From: Octopus sinensis
Lineage: Eukaryota
DNA: 64,000 nucleotides
Direction of reading: 5' to 3'
Assembly: GCF_006345805.1 (NCBI RefSeq)
Contig: NC_043005.1
Location: forward strand, 27,652,001 to 27,716,000
The stretch's first letter is position 1. Every line of letters starts with the position of its first letter. Positions 1 through 12,570 of the stretch are shown one piece after another. A model generated the notes under the pieces. It saw only the letters and a list, made by a program, of their open reading frames with translations, ran no database searches and was not told the DNA's origin. A program made the translations under genes and the position numbers.

Positions 1-44
1 TCCCTCTTATGTTTCTCTATCTGTGTAACTATTTATCAAATTTC

Positions 45-88
<44 letters not shown>

Positions 89-204
89 CATTCGTCTAAA
101 ATCAAACTTCGTATCTTCGCTTCGCGGTGCACCCGCCCTGCCCACCCCCACCACCAATACCGGATATCTCTATATTTTGCTCCATCTATACCGGATGTCG
201 CTTC

Positions 205-626
205 TCCCACCACCATTATAGGTGTCTACTCTTCGAACCCCCCTCTTCAATACGCTATTTCACCATGCATTACCCCTCTCTCGATATCCTACGTTCTACT
301 TGCCTAGAACCTGTCATCATTTCTCTGAACCACCCCTCCCCACTGGTGCTCCCCTATATTTCTGCACCCTCCACCCCCACATAAAAAAAGCACCATCCGA
401 ACGTGGCCGATGCCAGACCCCTCTGGCACCTGTGCAGGTGGCACGTAAAAAACACCCACTACACTCGCGGAGTGGTTGGCGTTAGGAAGGGCATCCAGCT
501 GTAGAAACACTGCCAGACTAGACTGGAGCCTGGGGCAGTCCCGAGCTCCCCAGACCCCGGTCGAAACCGTCCAACCCGTGCTAGCGCGGAAAACGGACGT
601 TAAACGATGATGATGATGATGATGAT
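205..626 (+). mobile_element. Young composite element: single 157-bp-type unit + RTE-type 3' tail ending in (GAT)n
   Basis: Near-identical reverse complement of 43951-44350. Confidence 0.85.
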
Positions 627-1033
627 ATACACACACACACAACGCGATTCTCTCAGTTTCTGTCTACCAAATCCACTCACAAGGCTTTGGTTGGCCTGAG
701 GCTATAGTAGAAGACACTTACCCAAGGTGCCACACACTGGGACTGAACCCAGAACCATGTGGTTAGGAAGCAAGCTTCTTACCACACAGCCACGACTGTT
801 AAATCTTGAGCGAAGCATCAACTTTTAATAATAATGAAAAAGTTATTTTTACTGAATTCTTTTAATTGAAGCAAAACCTTTGTATTTCAACAGATATAAT
901 ATGATAAGCAAAAGTGTTTAAGCCAACCCAATTCCCCTCCCCCTCTTTCACCTTCTCCTCTTCTTTCTTTTCCCTTTCCAAACTTCTCACCAAATTGTTT
1001 CCTTTCTTGATTTATAAATATTTCTGTTACCAG

Positions 1034-1155
1034 GGTGATGGTGACAGCTGTCATAGCTGACCAGATTCCACCCAAGCTGCATCTCTTCCAGAATTATTCT
1101 TACTCATTAGCGTTACCCAACATAGAGCAACAGCCAGAGGAGACATCTATCCATG
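1034..1155 (+). CDS. PLA2G6: PLA2G6-like calcium-independent phospholipase A2, internal exon (upstream exons outside the window)
   Basis: cag|G...CATG|gtaag; encodes VMVTAVIADQIPPKLHLFQNYSYSLALPNIEQQPEETSIH, similar to iPLA2-beta [21 protein letters not shown]; phase 1 exit matches the next exon. Confidence 0.85.
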
Positions 1156-2420
1156 GTAAGTATGGGAGACAATTTTGGTCATGTTTCTTTTTTTTTTTCT
1201 AACCTCCTCAGTGAAATTTGTCTCTTCCTTTAACTTGCTGAATTGGTCATGATGAACAAATCTGTTGGAAAATAACAAGAAATGTTTGTTTTCTATAAGC
1301 AAAATAGAATTGTTCAGAAATTAAATAATTCCAAGATACCATCCACACACAGAAAAAATTATCTTTAAGTCCCACTGTCCTATAATTAGAACACTAAATG
1401 AGAACATTAAATAAGCTATATCACATTGTCTCAGTGTCCTATTTATAGGACACCGAGTATTTCCATTTCTACTTGAAATAAAGGAGTTTTAACAATTATT
1501 TTTTTCATTTTAACCTATTTTCAATCATCTGTAAAAATTTAAAAGTAATATTCAGAAATTTAAGTACTCTGGGACTTAATGAGTTAAGCAAATCAGCTTC
1601 AAAATGGTTGTTTAACATGCTAGAAATAGCTACTAAATCTCCTTCAAATCATACTCTCTGTCTTATAGAAAGGAAGGGCTCATTTGACAATGTAATCTCT
1701 TATATGCCAAAAAGATGGAATCATGACTGGAATGTCTTTGAGCATGGATATTTTAAACAATAAGATCAGTCATGTAATTCCTTTACCACAAGAAACCTGT
1801 TCTATCCTGGCCATTTTACCATCCTAACATAAAACTTCCCCCATTTTCTACTGTAATCCAAATCAGTGAAAGGGATCTAAGACTTGCAAGCTTCAAGACA
1901 ACCTCATAATTGCAGGTGCCATGAAAAAGAAAAGCACCCAGTACACTCTGTAAAGAGATTGGCATTAGGAAGGGCATCCAGCTGTAGAAATCCTAAGCCA
2001 AAGCAGACGCTGGGGTACGATGCAGTCCTTGGACCCATTGGTTCCTTTGAATCTACTCAACTCTTGACAGCATCAAAGATGTATGTTAAATGATGATGAT
2101 GATGATGATGCTAAATGATGATGATGATTGTTCAATGTCCACTTTCTCTGCTGGCATTGATTGGCTGGGTTGTTGTAGTCTGAATCAGTTCTTATTTGGA
2201 GCTACTGTTTCTTTTTCCTGAATGAACCAGATGACCACATCCCACTCTTAGGTTCCAGTTCCTAGCTTGGTCTCAAGGAACTGGATGCTCTTCCTATCCA
2301 CCAACTAATATAAAAAGGTGTTAAATATATAGAATAAATTAATTGATTAATCGGTGTAGATTTGGTTAATTTATGTACAGTTACATGGCTTATTTTTTTT
2401 TTATCTTCTTTATGTTTCAG

Positions 2421-2575
2421 CCCAAAAAGTGTGGCATGCAGCTCGCTGTTCAGGTGCTGCTCCAACATTTTTTCGAGCATGTGGAAAGTATTTAGATGGA
2501 GGCCTGATGAGTAACAATCCAACTCTTGATACCCTCACTGAAATCCACCAGTACAACCTTGCAGAGCAACAAAAT
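2421..2575 (+). CDS. PLA2G6: PLA2G6-like exon with the catalytic DGG motif
   Basis: tttcag|...|gtaatt; [46 protein letters not shown] matches patatin VWRAARSSGAAPTYF...LDGGLLANNPTLD. Confidence 0.95.
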
Positions 2576-4241
2576 GTAATTTGATATTTGGTTACTTTGA
2601 ATTTGTTAGTGATTGTTAAATTCCCATTAGACTCACTCACACACAACTACATGCACATACATATTGTTGTTTTATGAAGAGAATGAGTCACACGCATGGT
2701 TTTGGGTTCAGCCCCACTCTTTACTCTTTCTCTTTTACTTCTTTCAGTCATTTTACTGTGGCCATGCTGGAGCACTGCCTTTAGTCGAGCAAATCGATCC
2801 CAAGACTTATTCTTTGTAAGCCCAGTACTTATTCTATGGGTCTCTTTCACCAAACCACTAGGTTATGGGGACGTAAACACACCAGCATCGCTTGTCAAGC
2901 GATGTTGGAGGGACAAACACAGACACACAGACATACATATATATATATTCAGTTTCTGTCTACCAAATCCACTCACAAGGCTTTGGTCGGCCTGAGGCTA
3001 TAGTAGAAGACACTTGCCCAAGGTGCCATGCAGTGGGACTGAACCCAGAACTACGTGGTTCATAAGCAAGCTACTTACCACACAGCCACTCATCGTCCAC
3101 AGCACGACATCTTCGACAAATGTCTTCTACAATAGCTCCAGGCTGGCCAAAACCTTGTGAGTAGATTTGGTAGATGGGAACATCTACATTATGAGTTCAA
3201 ATTCTGGTAAAGTCATTCTTTTGGGGGTCAATAAAATAAGTACCAGCTGTGCACCGGGGTCACTGTAATTGACTAGCACCCCTCCCCCCACTACTCTTCC
3301 ACAAAATTTTAGGTCTTGTGTCTACACTAGAAAGAATGTATGTGTATCTGCATGCATGGGGTGGTGCCAGTGTGTGTTTATGCATCTCTGATTCTTGCTT
3401 ACAAATATTTCATGACATCAAGACACTGTTATATAAACAATGTTCTTAATTTCCACCATTCCATAAAAATGAGTCCAACCGAGAGAAAATTACTTGCAAA
3501 CAGGTGAAGGGCTGGGGACATAGAAAACCTACCTTAATAAATTTGGCCTGACTCATGCAAGCATAAAAAAAATTGATGTTAACCCTATCACGCTGTGTTC
3601 CCGTTATGTTGGGAACAGCCTAAATGTAATCTCTACTGGATTCCCATTAAAGTGATAACAAACAAGAAAAAGAAGATAGAATTCTAAAAACAGACAACCG
3701 CTCACATTGTAGCTTTGTAACCAGGTGTGTTTATGGCTCATTGTTAATAGTAATGAAACAAGTGTGTGATGACCCCAGCTCTTTGTCTGGTAAATAAACA
3801 AGGCCTTGACTCTTTCCAGTCAAGGAAATTATTGATGACATTCTTTGGGTGAAGAGTTTACTCTTCTGTAGACATTGAGAGTGATTTGGACAATGAAACA
3901 TTAACTTGTGGTTAATGAAGAAAAAATTATTATTATTAATAATTTTATTATTATTATTATTATTATTATCATTATTATTATTATTATTATTGATGTTTGA
4001 CTTTTGCTATGTATTTGACTCCAGAGACCTCAAGAGACAAGTTGGAAGTTCATGTTGGTGTTATGCCTAGGGTGCTATATATTTGGTTTTGTACATAGTG
4101 TTTATTCTAGAGAATGTTTAAGAAACCATAAGGAAATTATGAGTTTATTTTTATTATTATTATTATTATTATTATTACTAACATCATCGTCATCGTCATC
4201 ATCATCATCATCATCATCTAAACTTTCGATTTTGTTTTCAG

Positions 4242-4403
4242 AACCGAGAGACACGACCAGTAGGTTGTGTTGTATCACTTGGCACCGGACGTAAACCTGT
4301 TGTTAAAACCAACAGTATGGATGTTTACCTACCTGAAAACTTCCTTGATATTGCAATTTGTGCTGTGAGAAGTTTGGCACTCAAAGACCTCATTGTCCAT
4401 CAG
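4242..4403 (+). CDS. PLA2G6: PLA2G6-like exon
   Basis: ttttcag|...CAG|gtaaat; 162 nt, NRETRPVGCVVSLGTGRKPVVKTNSMDVYLPENFLDIAICAVRSLALKDLIVHQ; patatin VVSLGTG motif. Confidence 0.93.
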
Positions 4404-4419
4404 GTAAATCTATAAACTT

Positions 4420-4454
<35 letters not shown>

Positions 4455-5207
4455 TACACACACACAATCAATAAGGAAGCCTTTACCTGGTTATTCAACT
4501 TAGAGATTGAAATCAAATTTCTTTCAAACCATTCTTTATCTTAAAAAGGAAAAGAAAGATTAGATAATGCAGCCATGAATATATCATCTGAAAATAGGGC
4601 TGGATAGTCATGGCTGGAGTTCTTTGATCACCCAGGCCTAAACAACCTCCAATACAATCAACCACTGTGTTGTCATTGTAATCATCATCATCATCATCAT
4701 CTTATTCATTGTCTGAAAAGATATTCACTGAATATTTTTTCTTTTTTTAAATCTTTTTTTACTTGTTTCAGTCATTGGACTACAGCCATGCAAATGCATT
4801 GCTCTAAAGGGTTTAGTTCAAGAAATCAGTCCTAATATTTTAATTTAGAGTATTTGAAAGTTCAAAAACTTTTTTTTAAAAATTCATTTCCTTTCCTAAA
4901 TAACTTCTGATATGATGATGATAAAAGCTGTTCTGAGTTCCGATTTCACCAAAATCAATTTTGCTTTCCATCATTCCGTGGGCAATTCAGTCAATTACAG
5001 CCCTGTCCCCATATCTTTTCCTGGCTTATCTATGTCATGTCTCAGCTCCTTCCCACAGCTTAGAGACGCAACACTTCCCTCAACACATGTCCTGTTCCAA
5101 GTACTGCTACCAATTGTGTACTTCCTTAGAAGTTTGGTATTTGCAGCTTTTCATGCCAGAATATTGCTTTCTTTGAGACAGTGCCACCTCTAACCGAGCA
5201 ATTATTA

Positions 5208-5248
5208 TGTGCTGATGAAGGGAAATAACCCAGAAATCACGATACGCA
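5208..5248 (+). ncRNA. Type-I minimal hammerhead ribozyme-like motif (family 4) in a PLA2G6 intron
   Basis: UGUG-CUGAUGA-A-GGG(AAAUAA)CCC-A-GAA-AUCACGAU-A-CGCA: core, helix II GGG/CCC, near-palindromic helix III, helix I UGUG/CGCA; one extra or mismatched A before G12. Confidence 0.6.
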
Positions 5249-5419
5249 GATATTGTTTTGAGCTGAGTTGGGGTGCTAGATTCCCTTGTTCGAAAATATA
5301 AGGACACAGATCGTGTCATATAGCCAGTTGGAGACAATGTCTCCTGGGACTAAATAACAGCAACATTCATCCTAAACCAGGACTGCCATGTTATGTTGGC
5401 AAATAATCTTTACTACAGT

Positions 5420-5870
5420 CCCAATTGTATTGATCATGATTCGTACATTCACTTTGAAGTGGTGTGGATGCATTTCACTGCCAATGCTAGCACTAGGTAC
5501 CTTTTGACTTTCTTGTTCCTTGTCTTCTGGTCTGCAAGTATAGCTACATCAATGAAGGTCCATTCTTTGAACTCCTTCCATAGCAGAGTTATGTTGCAGC
5601 TTCTTATCTGTATAGATTAGAATATCCCACATAGGTTTTATGTGGTCATTCTCTGCTACTGGCAAAGGTTTGTTCTCATACCACTTGTTTGAACATTCTA
5701 GCCCTTACTTCCTGCACAACTTCCAGTGTATTTGCAATACCACATTGTCATAGCATTTTTTTTTGCTCCTTCTGGGCCAGTTTTGAGTATCCACTAATTA
5801 TATTCCTGTCTCAGATGATTTTTCACATAATTTACACAAAGGTGATAAGACTACTGTCTTATCAATGCTG
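5420..5870 (-). mobile_element. R4/Dong-like REL-endonuclease LINE fragment, decayed
   Basis: Minus-strand SPLCKLCEKSSET, VLQIHWKLC, KWYENKP, MWDILIYTDKKLQHN, FIDVAI. Confidence 0.75.
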
Positions 5871-6165
5871 CACTTGACTGAGTTGATCCATAAAGCTTGT
5901 TCTTGAGCAGCAAAGATCGATCCTTCTATATTCTTTTAAAAAAATCTAGGTCTTAACCATCGCTACGTTCTCGGTTCAAATTCTGCCGAGGTCAACTTCG
6001 CCTTTCATCCTTTCAGGGTCAATAAAATTAAGTACCAGTGGAGTACTGGGATCAATGTAATCAACTAGCCACTTCCCTCAAATTTCAGGCCTTGTGCCTT
6101 TAGTAGAAAGGATTATTATTATTATTATTATCATTATTATTTATTATTATTATTATTATTTGTAG

Positions 6166-6384
6166 GTAACCAACACTGATGACCAACCTGTCCAACAAGC
6201 GAGATCTTGGTGCAATATGTTGAACATACCATATTTCCGATTCAACCCTCCACAAAGTGAAGACATCCCATTGGATTGTCAGGACAGTGAGAAAATTGTT
6301 GATGTCATGTGGGAAACTTTGTGTTATTGTAATACCCACAAATCAAAATTTGAAAATCTTGCAACTATTCTAATGAGTAGATAA
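6166..6384 (+). CDS. PLA2G6: PLA2G6-like terminal coding exon
   Basis: tgtag|; VTNTDDQPVQQARSWCNMLNIPYFRFNPPQSEDIPLD...VMWETLCY...MSR*; matches ARAWCEMVGIQYFRLNP...LWET. Confidence 0.93.
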   Translation, partial: VTNTDDQPVQQARSWCNMLNIPYFRFNPPQSEDIPLDCQDSEKIVDVMWETLCYCNTHKSKFENLATILMSR

Positions 6385-6592
6385 GATCTGACTGCATTTT
6401 ATTTGGAAGCGGGGTGGATTTCTTTTTCTTCTCCATACACACACACAAAACAAAGGAGAAATATTGAACAGACAAATATTTTTTAAAATTTTGTTGAGAA
6501 TATAAATAGTAAATAAGATATATTTTTCATGGAATTTATATCTAGTTTGTAAATGTATTATTCTATTTGGTAAATTGTGATGCTATAAAAAT

Positions 6593-6598
6593 AATAAA
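6593..6598 (+). terminator. Candidate poly(A) signal of the PLA2G6-like gene
   Basis: AATAAA about 210 nt after the stop, in AT-rich sequence; no transcript evidence. Confidence 0.35.
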
Positions 6599-6822
6599 GT
6601 AAATATTGACTTATGTTTTCTCTCATTTATTTGTCACAAACAGGGTATGTACTCCACATTTAGCCACAAGATCCTATATATATATATATATATATATATA
6701 GATAGATAGATAGATAGATAGATAGATGTAGATATTGGCACCAAGCAGTGTTTAGGCTACACCAATGCCAAAACGAGACGACACTGCATAGTGCCAAAGG
6801 TCCCAGCAATGCCATCACTATA

Positions 6823-7055
6823 AGGTACCACACAAATGGAAATATATATAAAAGAAGGATTGAAAATGCAATTTTAAAGATGTTTATTGACTTGTGGGTT
6901 GGAACCTACAATCATGGTTTAGAGGTGAATTCCTATGTGATGGGTGGTATTCGCCTCTAAACCATGATTGTAGCTTCCAAGCCACAAGTCAATAAACATC
7001 TTTAAAATTGCATTTTCAAACCTTCTTTATATATATTTCCATTCATGTGGTACCT
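6823..7055. mobile_element. Fold-back MITE (arms ~108 bp, loop 18 nt, TA TSD)
   Basis: TA|AGGTACC...GAGGTGAAT loop ATTCGCCTC...GGTACCT|TA. Confidence 0.8.
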
Positions 7056-7069
7056 TACAACTTAACTTT

Positions 7070-7076
7070 GTTATAT

Positions 7077-7129
<53 letters not shown>

Positions 7130-7288
7130 ATGTATATATATATGTGTGTATATATATATGTATATATTATATACATATACATACGTATATATAAACATGT
7201 GTATATATATATATATTTGTATATATATATAAATATATATATTTGTATATATATATATATATATTTGTATATATATATATATATATAT

Positions 7289-7368
<80 letters not shown>

Positions 7369-7480
7369 ATATATACACATATGTATATATATATATATAA
7401 ACATGTGTATATATATATGTATATACATATCTATTTACATATATATATATACATATATATATATATATGTGTGAGTGTGT
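7070..7480. repeat. Compound (AT)n/(GT)n microsatellite
   Basis: Direct reading. Confidence 0.97.
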
Positions 7481-7745
7481 GTTTATACATAGGTACACAC
7501 ACACATTGGATTTGTTTTTGATGCTGTATTCCTTTATTTGTTTTTTTTGCCCCCTTTTCTATGTTGATTTTTTTCCATATCTGGCAAGGCTCAGGGGACA
7601 CACAGCACCCCACCCCCTTCACCTTGTATTCAGAGCCTCACAGCAAATTGCTTCCTTTGATCTCGACCTCAGTTTATCTGGGCAATGAAACAATGGAGTC
7701 TCCCTTTGCAATGTGAACTTAGCAAATCTTATCCATGGGGCTTTT

Positions 7746-7788
<43 letters not shown>

Positions 7789-8317
7789 ATGCGTGTAGCA
7801 GAAACAAAGATTTTTAAATTTAAAGGGAAAACAAAAACCTGAAGCAAAAGAGAAATGAAATGTTCACATACACACACACACATATTCACACAAACACACA
7901 AAAGCTGTAATTTTTTCCCACATTCTGTGTATTTCTTTCTATCTTGTCTCTTGTAGAAAGATATTTATAAAAAAATACTCCAGAGACATCATGTCTGCAG
8001 ATGCCTTCCACCCGACCAAACACTAAATGTTTCTTTAAGCTGACTCAGTCAATATTATTTTTGCTCTCGTTGCTATTATAATTACTGTTACTATCATTGT
8101 TGTTGTCATTCGTCTTCTTCTTATCATCATCATCATCATCATCATTGCCCATCGCTATGTTTCGAGTTCAAATTCCATTGACTTTGCCTTTCATCCTTTT
8201 GGGGTCAATAAAATAAGTACCAAATTGAACACTGGGGTCAATGTAATCGACTCGTCCCCACTTCCCCCAAGCTACCCTTGTGGCAAAAATTTGAAATTAT
8301 TATTATTATTATTATTC

Positions 8318-8519
8318 AGTAGTTTTATTTTTATAGCATGCTTTCACTTCACTACCGAGCGCAGCTCTGTGTGCCTTGGGTATGTGCTGTGATTTGTTGT
8401 GATGCTCTGATGGTTATTGTATGGAAAGTGTTCTGCGTAGGATGTGTGCAGTGCCTAGTAGTGCAATTTTCTGTATGTTATATGTGTTTGTAAGTCCTGG
8501 TGTTTTTGTTATGTATTTT
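8318..8519 (-). mobile_element. R4/Dong-like LINE 3' end with (TAA)n tail
   Basis: YNIQKIALLGTAHILRRTLSIQ* + 3' UTR + (TAA)n. Confidence 0.8.
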
Positions 8520-8549
8520 ATTATTATATTATTATTATTATTATTATAT

Positions 8550-9010
8550 TATTATTATTATTATTATTATAGATGTCGCATAGTATACAATATCGTGAGG
8601 TTGTTGATTGAAGATATTGTACTTATCGGGGGTTCGTACTGTTTCACAAGTCACAACAAGGACCTCAGACAGACACTACTTTATGCAATATGCGTGCAGT
8701 TCCAAGTAATGCCAACTTTTGCAATACACCTAGATTGTTGGGTATTTCTAAAGTTCACAGATGTTTTTTTTCAGATTGAGTGGTATTGAACCTTTATGTT
8801 CGACTCTCGTAGCTGCGACATCTTAGCGATCTCAATTCTCAGGTCTCCATATTTATCAACTTTTTCTCTTTCTTTCATGATGATATGTTGATCTGGCACT
8901 GTCACATCAATTATTAGGCAATCTTGTTTATCCCTCCTAAAGGTTACTATATCCGGCCTTCGGTGCTCTAACACTTTGTCTGTCTACCTTTTCCAGTGTA
9001 TGTTGGTACC
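8550..9010 (-). mobile_element. Second R4/Dong-like LINE 3' fragment (REL domain), with internal deletion
   Basis: HRRPDIV...LIIDVTVP...EKVDKYGDL, then LQKLALLGTARILHKV* + (TAA)n. Confidence 0.85.
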
Positions 9011-11099
9011 AAGCACCTCATATCCATACTTAAGGCTTCAAGGTTGACTCTGCCTTTTATCCTTATGGGGGCCGGTAAAATACGTACCAGCTAAGTATTG
9101 GGGATCAATGTAATCAACTTTTCCTCTCCTCGAAATTTCAGGCTATGTCTGTAATGGAAAGGATTTATTATTATTAATATTATTATTATAATCATTATCA
9201 CCTCTGCCTTAGCAAAGGCAGGGATATTGTTTTCCGTCATGCTTGTTTGTTTGTCCATGGACAAGATATCTCAAGAACTGTTGGATGCATTTGGATGCAA
9301 CTTTCAGGGATGTTTGGCCTCATTACTGGCACAAATTGATTAGGTTTTGGGATTGATCCGGTACTATATAAGGATCCTGGATTATTTTTCCTGTTTTTTA
9401 ACTTAATTTTTGAGAGCAGAGTTTATTTCAGATATTCTCATTTTAAACATCATCTCTGGCTAATCATTGAGAGGATGTTGGTGTTGCCTCCAATTGTTTT
9501 TATCACCAATTTTTGTAATGTCCTTTTGTCACCCTTGTGGAAAATAACAAACCAAGTAACAAAGTATTACACCCCATCTCCACACCCTTCCTAAGAGAAG
9601 ATCTCAATCAGCTTTCCACAGAAGGCAACTGAAGTTTATGAGTGACCTGAGCCTGGGAGCAATTCTTAACACTGATAAAGAAACTTCTAGAACATTTTCA
9701 GGCTAATCATCATCATCATCATTATTATTTAACGTCTGCTTTCCATGCTGCAATCTCATCTGGCAATGTTTCTACAGCTGGATGCCCTTCTTAACACCAA
9801 CCACTCCAAGAGTGTAGTGGGTGCTTTTTACGTGCCACTGGCACGTCCATTGTCCATGCTGGCATGGGTTGGACCGTTAAACCTGGGCTAGTAAACTGGA
9901 AGGCTGCACCAGGCTCCAATCTGATTTGGCATGGTTTCCTACAGCTGGATGCCCTTCCTAACGCCAACCAGTCTGAGAGTGTAGTGGGTGCTTTACATAT
10001 ATATCCAACTTAACATGAATGTCTCATTAGAACACCAAATCCTGCATTATTAGTCTTGAGAGATCGTCTCATATAGACACTTGGTGCATAAAAGCACACA
10101 CATAAATAGTAGATGAGAATTACCTGCCATGGGCCCTGGAACTCTCATATCATGTGATTTCATTCTACTGGAAACTGTCAGTGAGAGGCATCCGGTCTCC
10201 ACATGTCAGTCAAATTTTGCTGCTATGATATATAGAATATAAGTATCGTTTTAGACACTGATGTCGCAAATAGGCAGCAGGCTTATTAAAAATTAATTAT
10301 TAGCACCGGAAGCAGTATTAATATCAAAAGGTTATTTTTGTATCCAACTTAACATGGATGAATTGTTAGAACACTGAAATCTGCGTTATTAGCCTCGAGG
10401 GATCCTCTCATATAGGCACTTGGATTTGACTGGCATGTGGAAGAGGAGGAGGGGAGAAGGAAGTTTAGTGGCAGGTGTATACATCATCATCACTTAATAT
10501 TCGTTTTCCTGTTGGCAGGCTTCTTACAGTTTCCACCCACCAAATCCACCCACAAGGCTTTGGTTAGCCTAGGTCCAAACTAAAAAAAAAAGACATTGGC
10601 CCAAGGTGCTGCACAGTGGGACTGAACCAGAAACCATGTTGTTTGGAAGCTAGCTTCTTAATCATGCAGTCCTGTCTACTTGAAAATTATCTATTTGAAA
10701 ATTCCATTTACACTTCAAAATTATAAACTAGAATGTTATTTCAAGTTTACACAGACAGGATAAAATATCATATTATCTATTTGAACAGATAAGAATTCTT
10801 CTGTCAGCCTCCCTTCCAAGTTCTCTTCTTAAAATGAAGATCTAAGTGAGGGTCTCTTGGTGCTGTCCCAGATAAGAGACTGCTTTAAAAATTAACAGAG
10901 TTGAATTTTGACCAAATTATATATTTTGACTGGAAACAATGTGCATTTCATAAGATTCGCCCTGGTTCAACCTCGTTTTTCTTATCAGTTGAAAAACTTT
11001 CAGATTACATTTCTGATATGTCTGTTTGTGTGTTTTGTTTGGTGGATGACTGTGTAGAGTAGAAATGGGCAATTGTATTACATATATGCCTGCTTGTAT

Positions 11100-11330
11100 A
11101 GCTAGATAGATAAATAGACAGATAGATAGATAGATAGATAGAGAGACAGACAGACAGACGGATAGATGGATGGTTAGATAGATATATGGATGGATAGATA
11201 GACAGACGGACAAATGGATAGACAGACGGACAAACAGATAGACAGACTGATGGCCGGAGAGACAGACAGGCAGATAGATAGACAGACAGATAGATAGATA
11301 CAGACAGATAGGTAGATAGATGGATACATG
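11100..11330. repeat. (GATA/GACA)n microsatellite
   Basis: Direct reading. Confidence 0.95.
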
Positions 11331-12209
11331 GATGTGTAATATATCATCATCATTGCAATAATCGTCATCATCATCATCATTCATCGTTATTGTCATCATC
11401 ATCATTGTCGTCACCATTGTTTTAACGACCACTTTTCCATGCTTGCACAGGTGTGATGGAAGTTGTTAATATTCCACTGCTAGATGCATTTCCTGTGGCC
11501 AACCCTTGCCTCATTCCAAGCAAGATAATCTTTTCACTTGGCCAGACATGTTTTCATCAAAGATTGGAATCAAGAGACACCACTTGTATAACAGTGGTGC
11601 TCATTTACAACTATCACACAATATCAAGACAAGGAAACACAAACACACACAACAGGCTTCTGTCATTTTCTTGTTTTTAAATACACTACAATATCTCAGG
11701 GCTATAGTAGAAGATGCTTAAAGTGCCATCTTTATCTATATCCATACATACACACACACACACACACACATACATACAAACACACACACATACAAACACA
11801 TACACATGAACATACACACACACATACACATATGTGCACACACACACATGGATGCAAGAGGCAGGTAGAAACACAACAAAAAGACAAAGAACAAGCGTCT
11901 TCTTATTTAACTCATTTTATCTCTAACCCAGCAGAGATATGATGAAAGACGTTCCAGCCATGGCAGTGCCACCTCTTTATGAGGCACAGTTTATCAAGAA
12001 TTACCATATCAAATATGCCTTTCTTCTTTTAAAACAGTAAAATAAGATTTAAGAGATTTTGCTGCTGTTTCCAGCATGTGGAGACCTACCTCGCTAGTTT
12101 GTTTATATACTTGTTTTTCTTTACACCAGGATCAAAGACAATCCCTTCATGACCACCATTCTGGAACATCTAGTACTACCTAATGTCTTCCCTCCTATTT
12201 CAAAATGGT

Positions 12210-12570
12210 GGAGGCGCAATGGCCCAGTGGTTAGGGTAGTGGACTCGCGGTCATAGGATCGCGGTTTCGATTCCCAGACCGGGCGTTGTGAGTGTTTATT
12301 GAGCGAAAACACCTAAAGCTCCACGAGGCTCTGGCAGGGGATGGTGGTGATCCCTGCTGTACTCTTTCACCATAACTTTCTCTCACTCTTACTTCCTGTT
12401 TCTGTTGTACATGTATTTCAAGGGGCCAGCCTTGTCGCTCTCTGTGTCACGCTGAATATCCCCGAGAATTACGTTAAGGGTGCACGTGTCTGTGGAGTGC
12501 TCAGCCACTTACACGTTAATTTCACGAGCAGGCTGTTCCGTTGATTCGGATCAACTGGAACCCTCATGAT
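12210..12570 (+). mobile_element. tRNA-derived SINE, CpG-rich (young)
   Basis: TGGCCCAGTGG A-box, GGTTTCGATTCC B-box, non-tRNA body. Confidence 0.82.

Noticed and set aside
1091-1110. Apparent in-frame stop or frameshift in a PLA2G6 exon
   Set aside because: Recounting gives AAT TAT TCT TAC TCA; the frame is open and the phases match.
7027-7521. Long YI/HT/CV-rich ORFs (also at 10917, 27222, 42425, 56293, 63357)
   Set aside because: They are translations of microsatellites.
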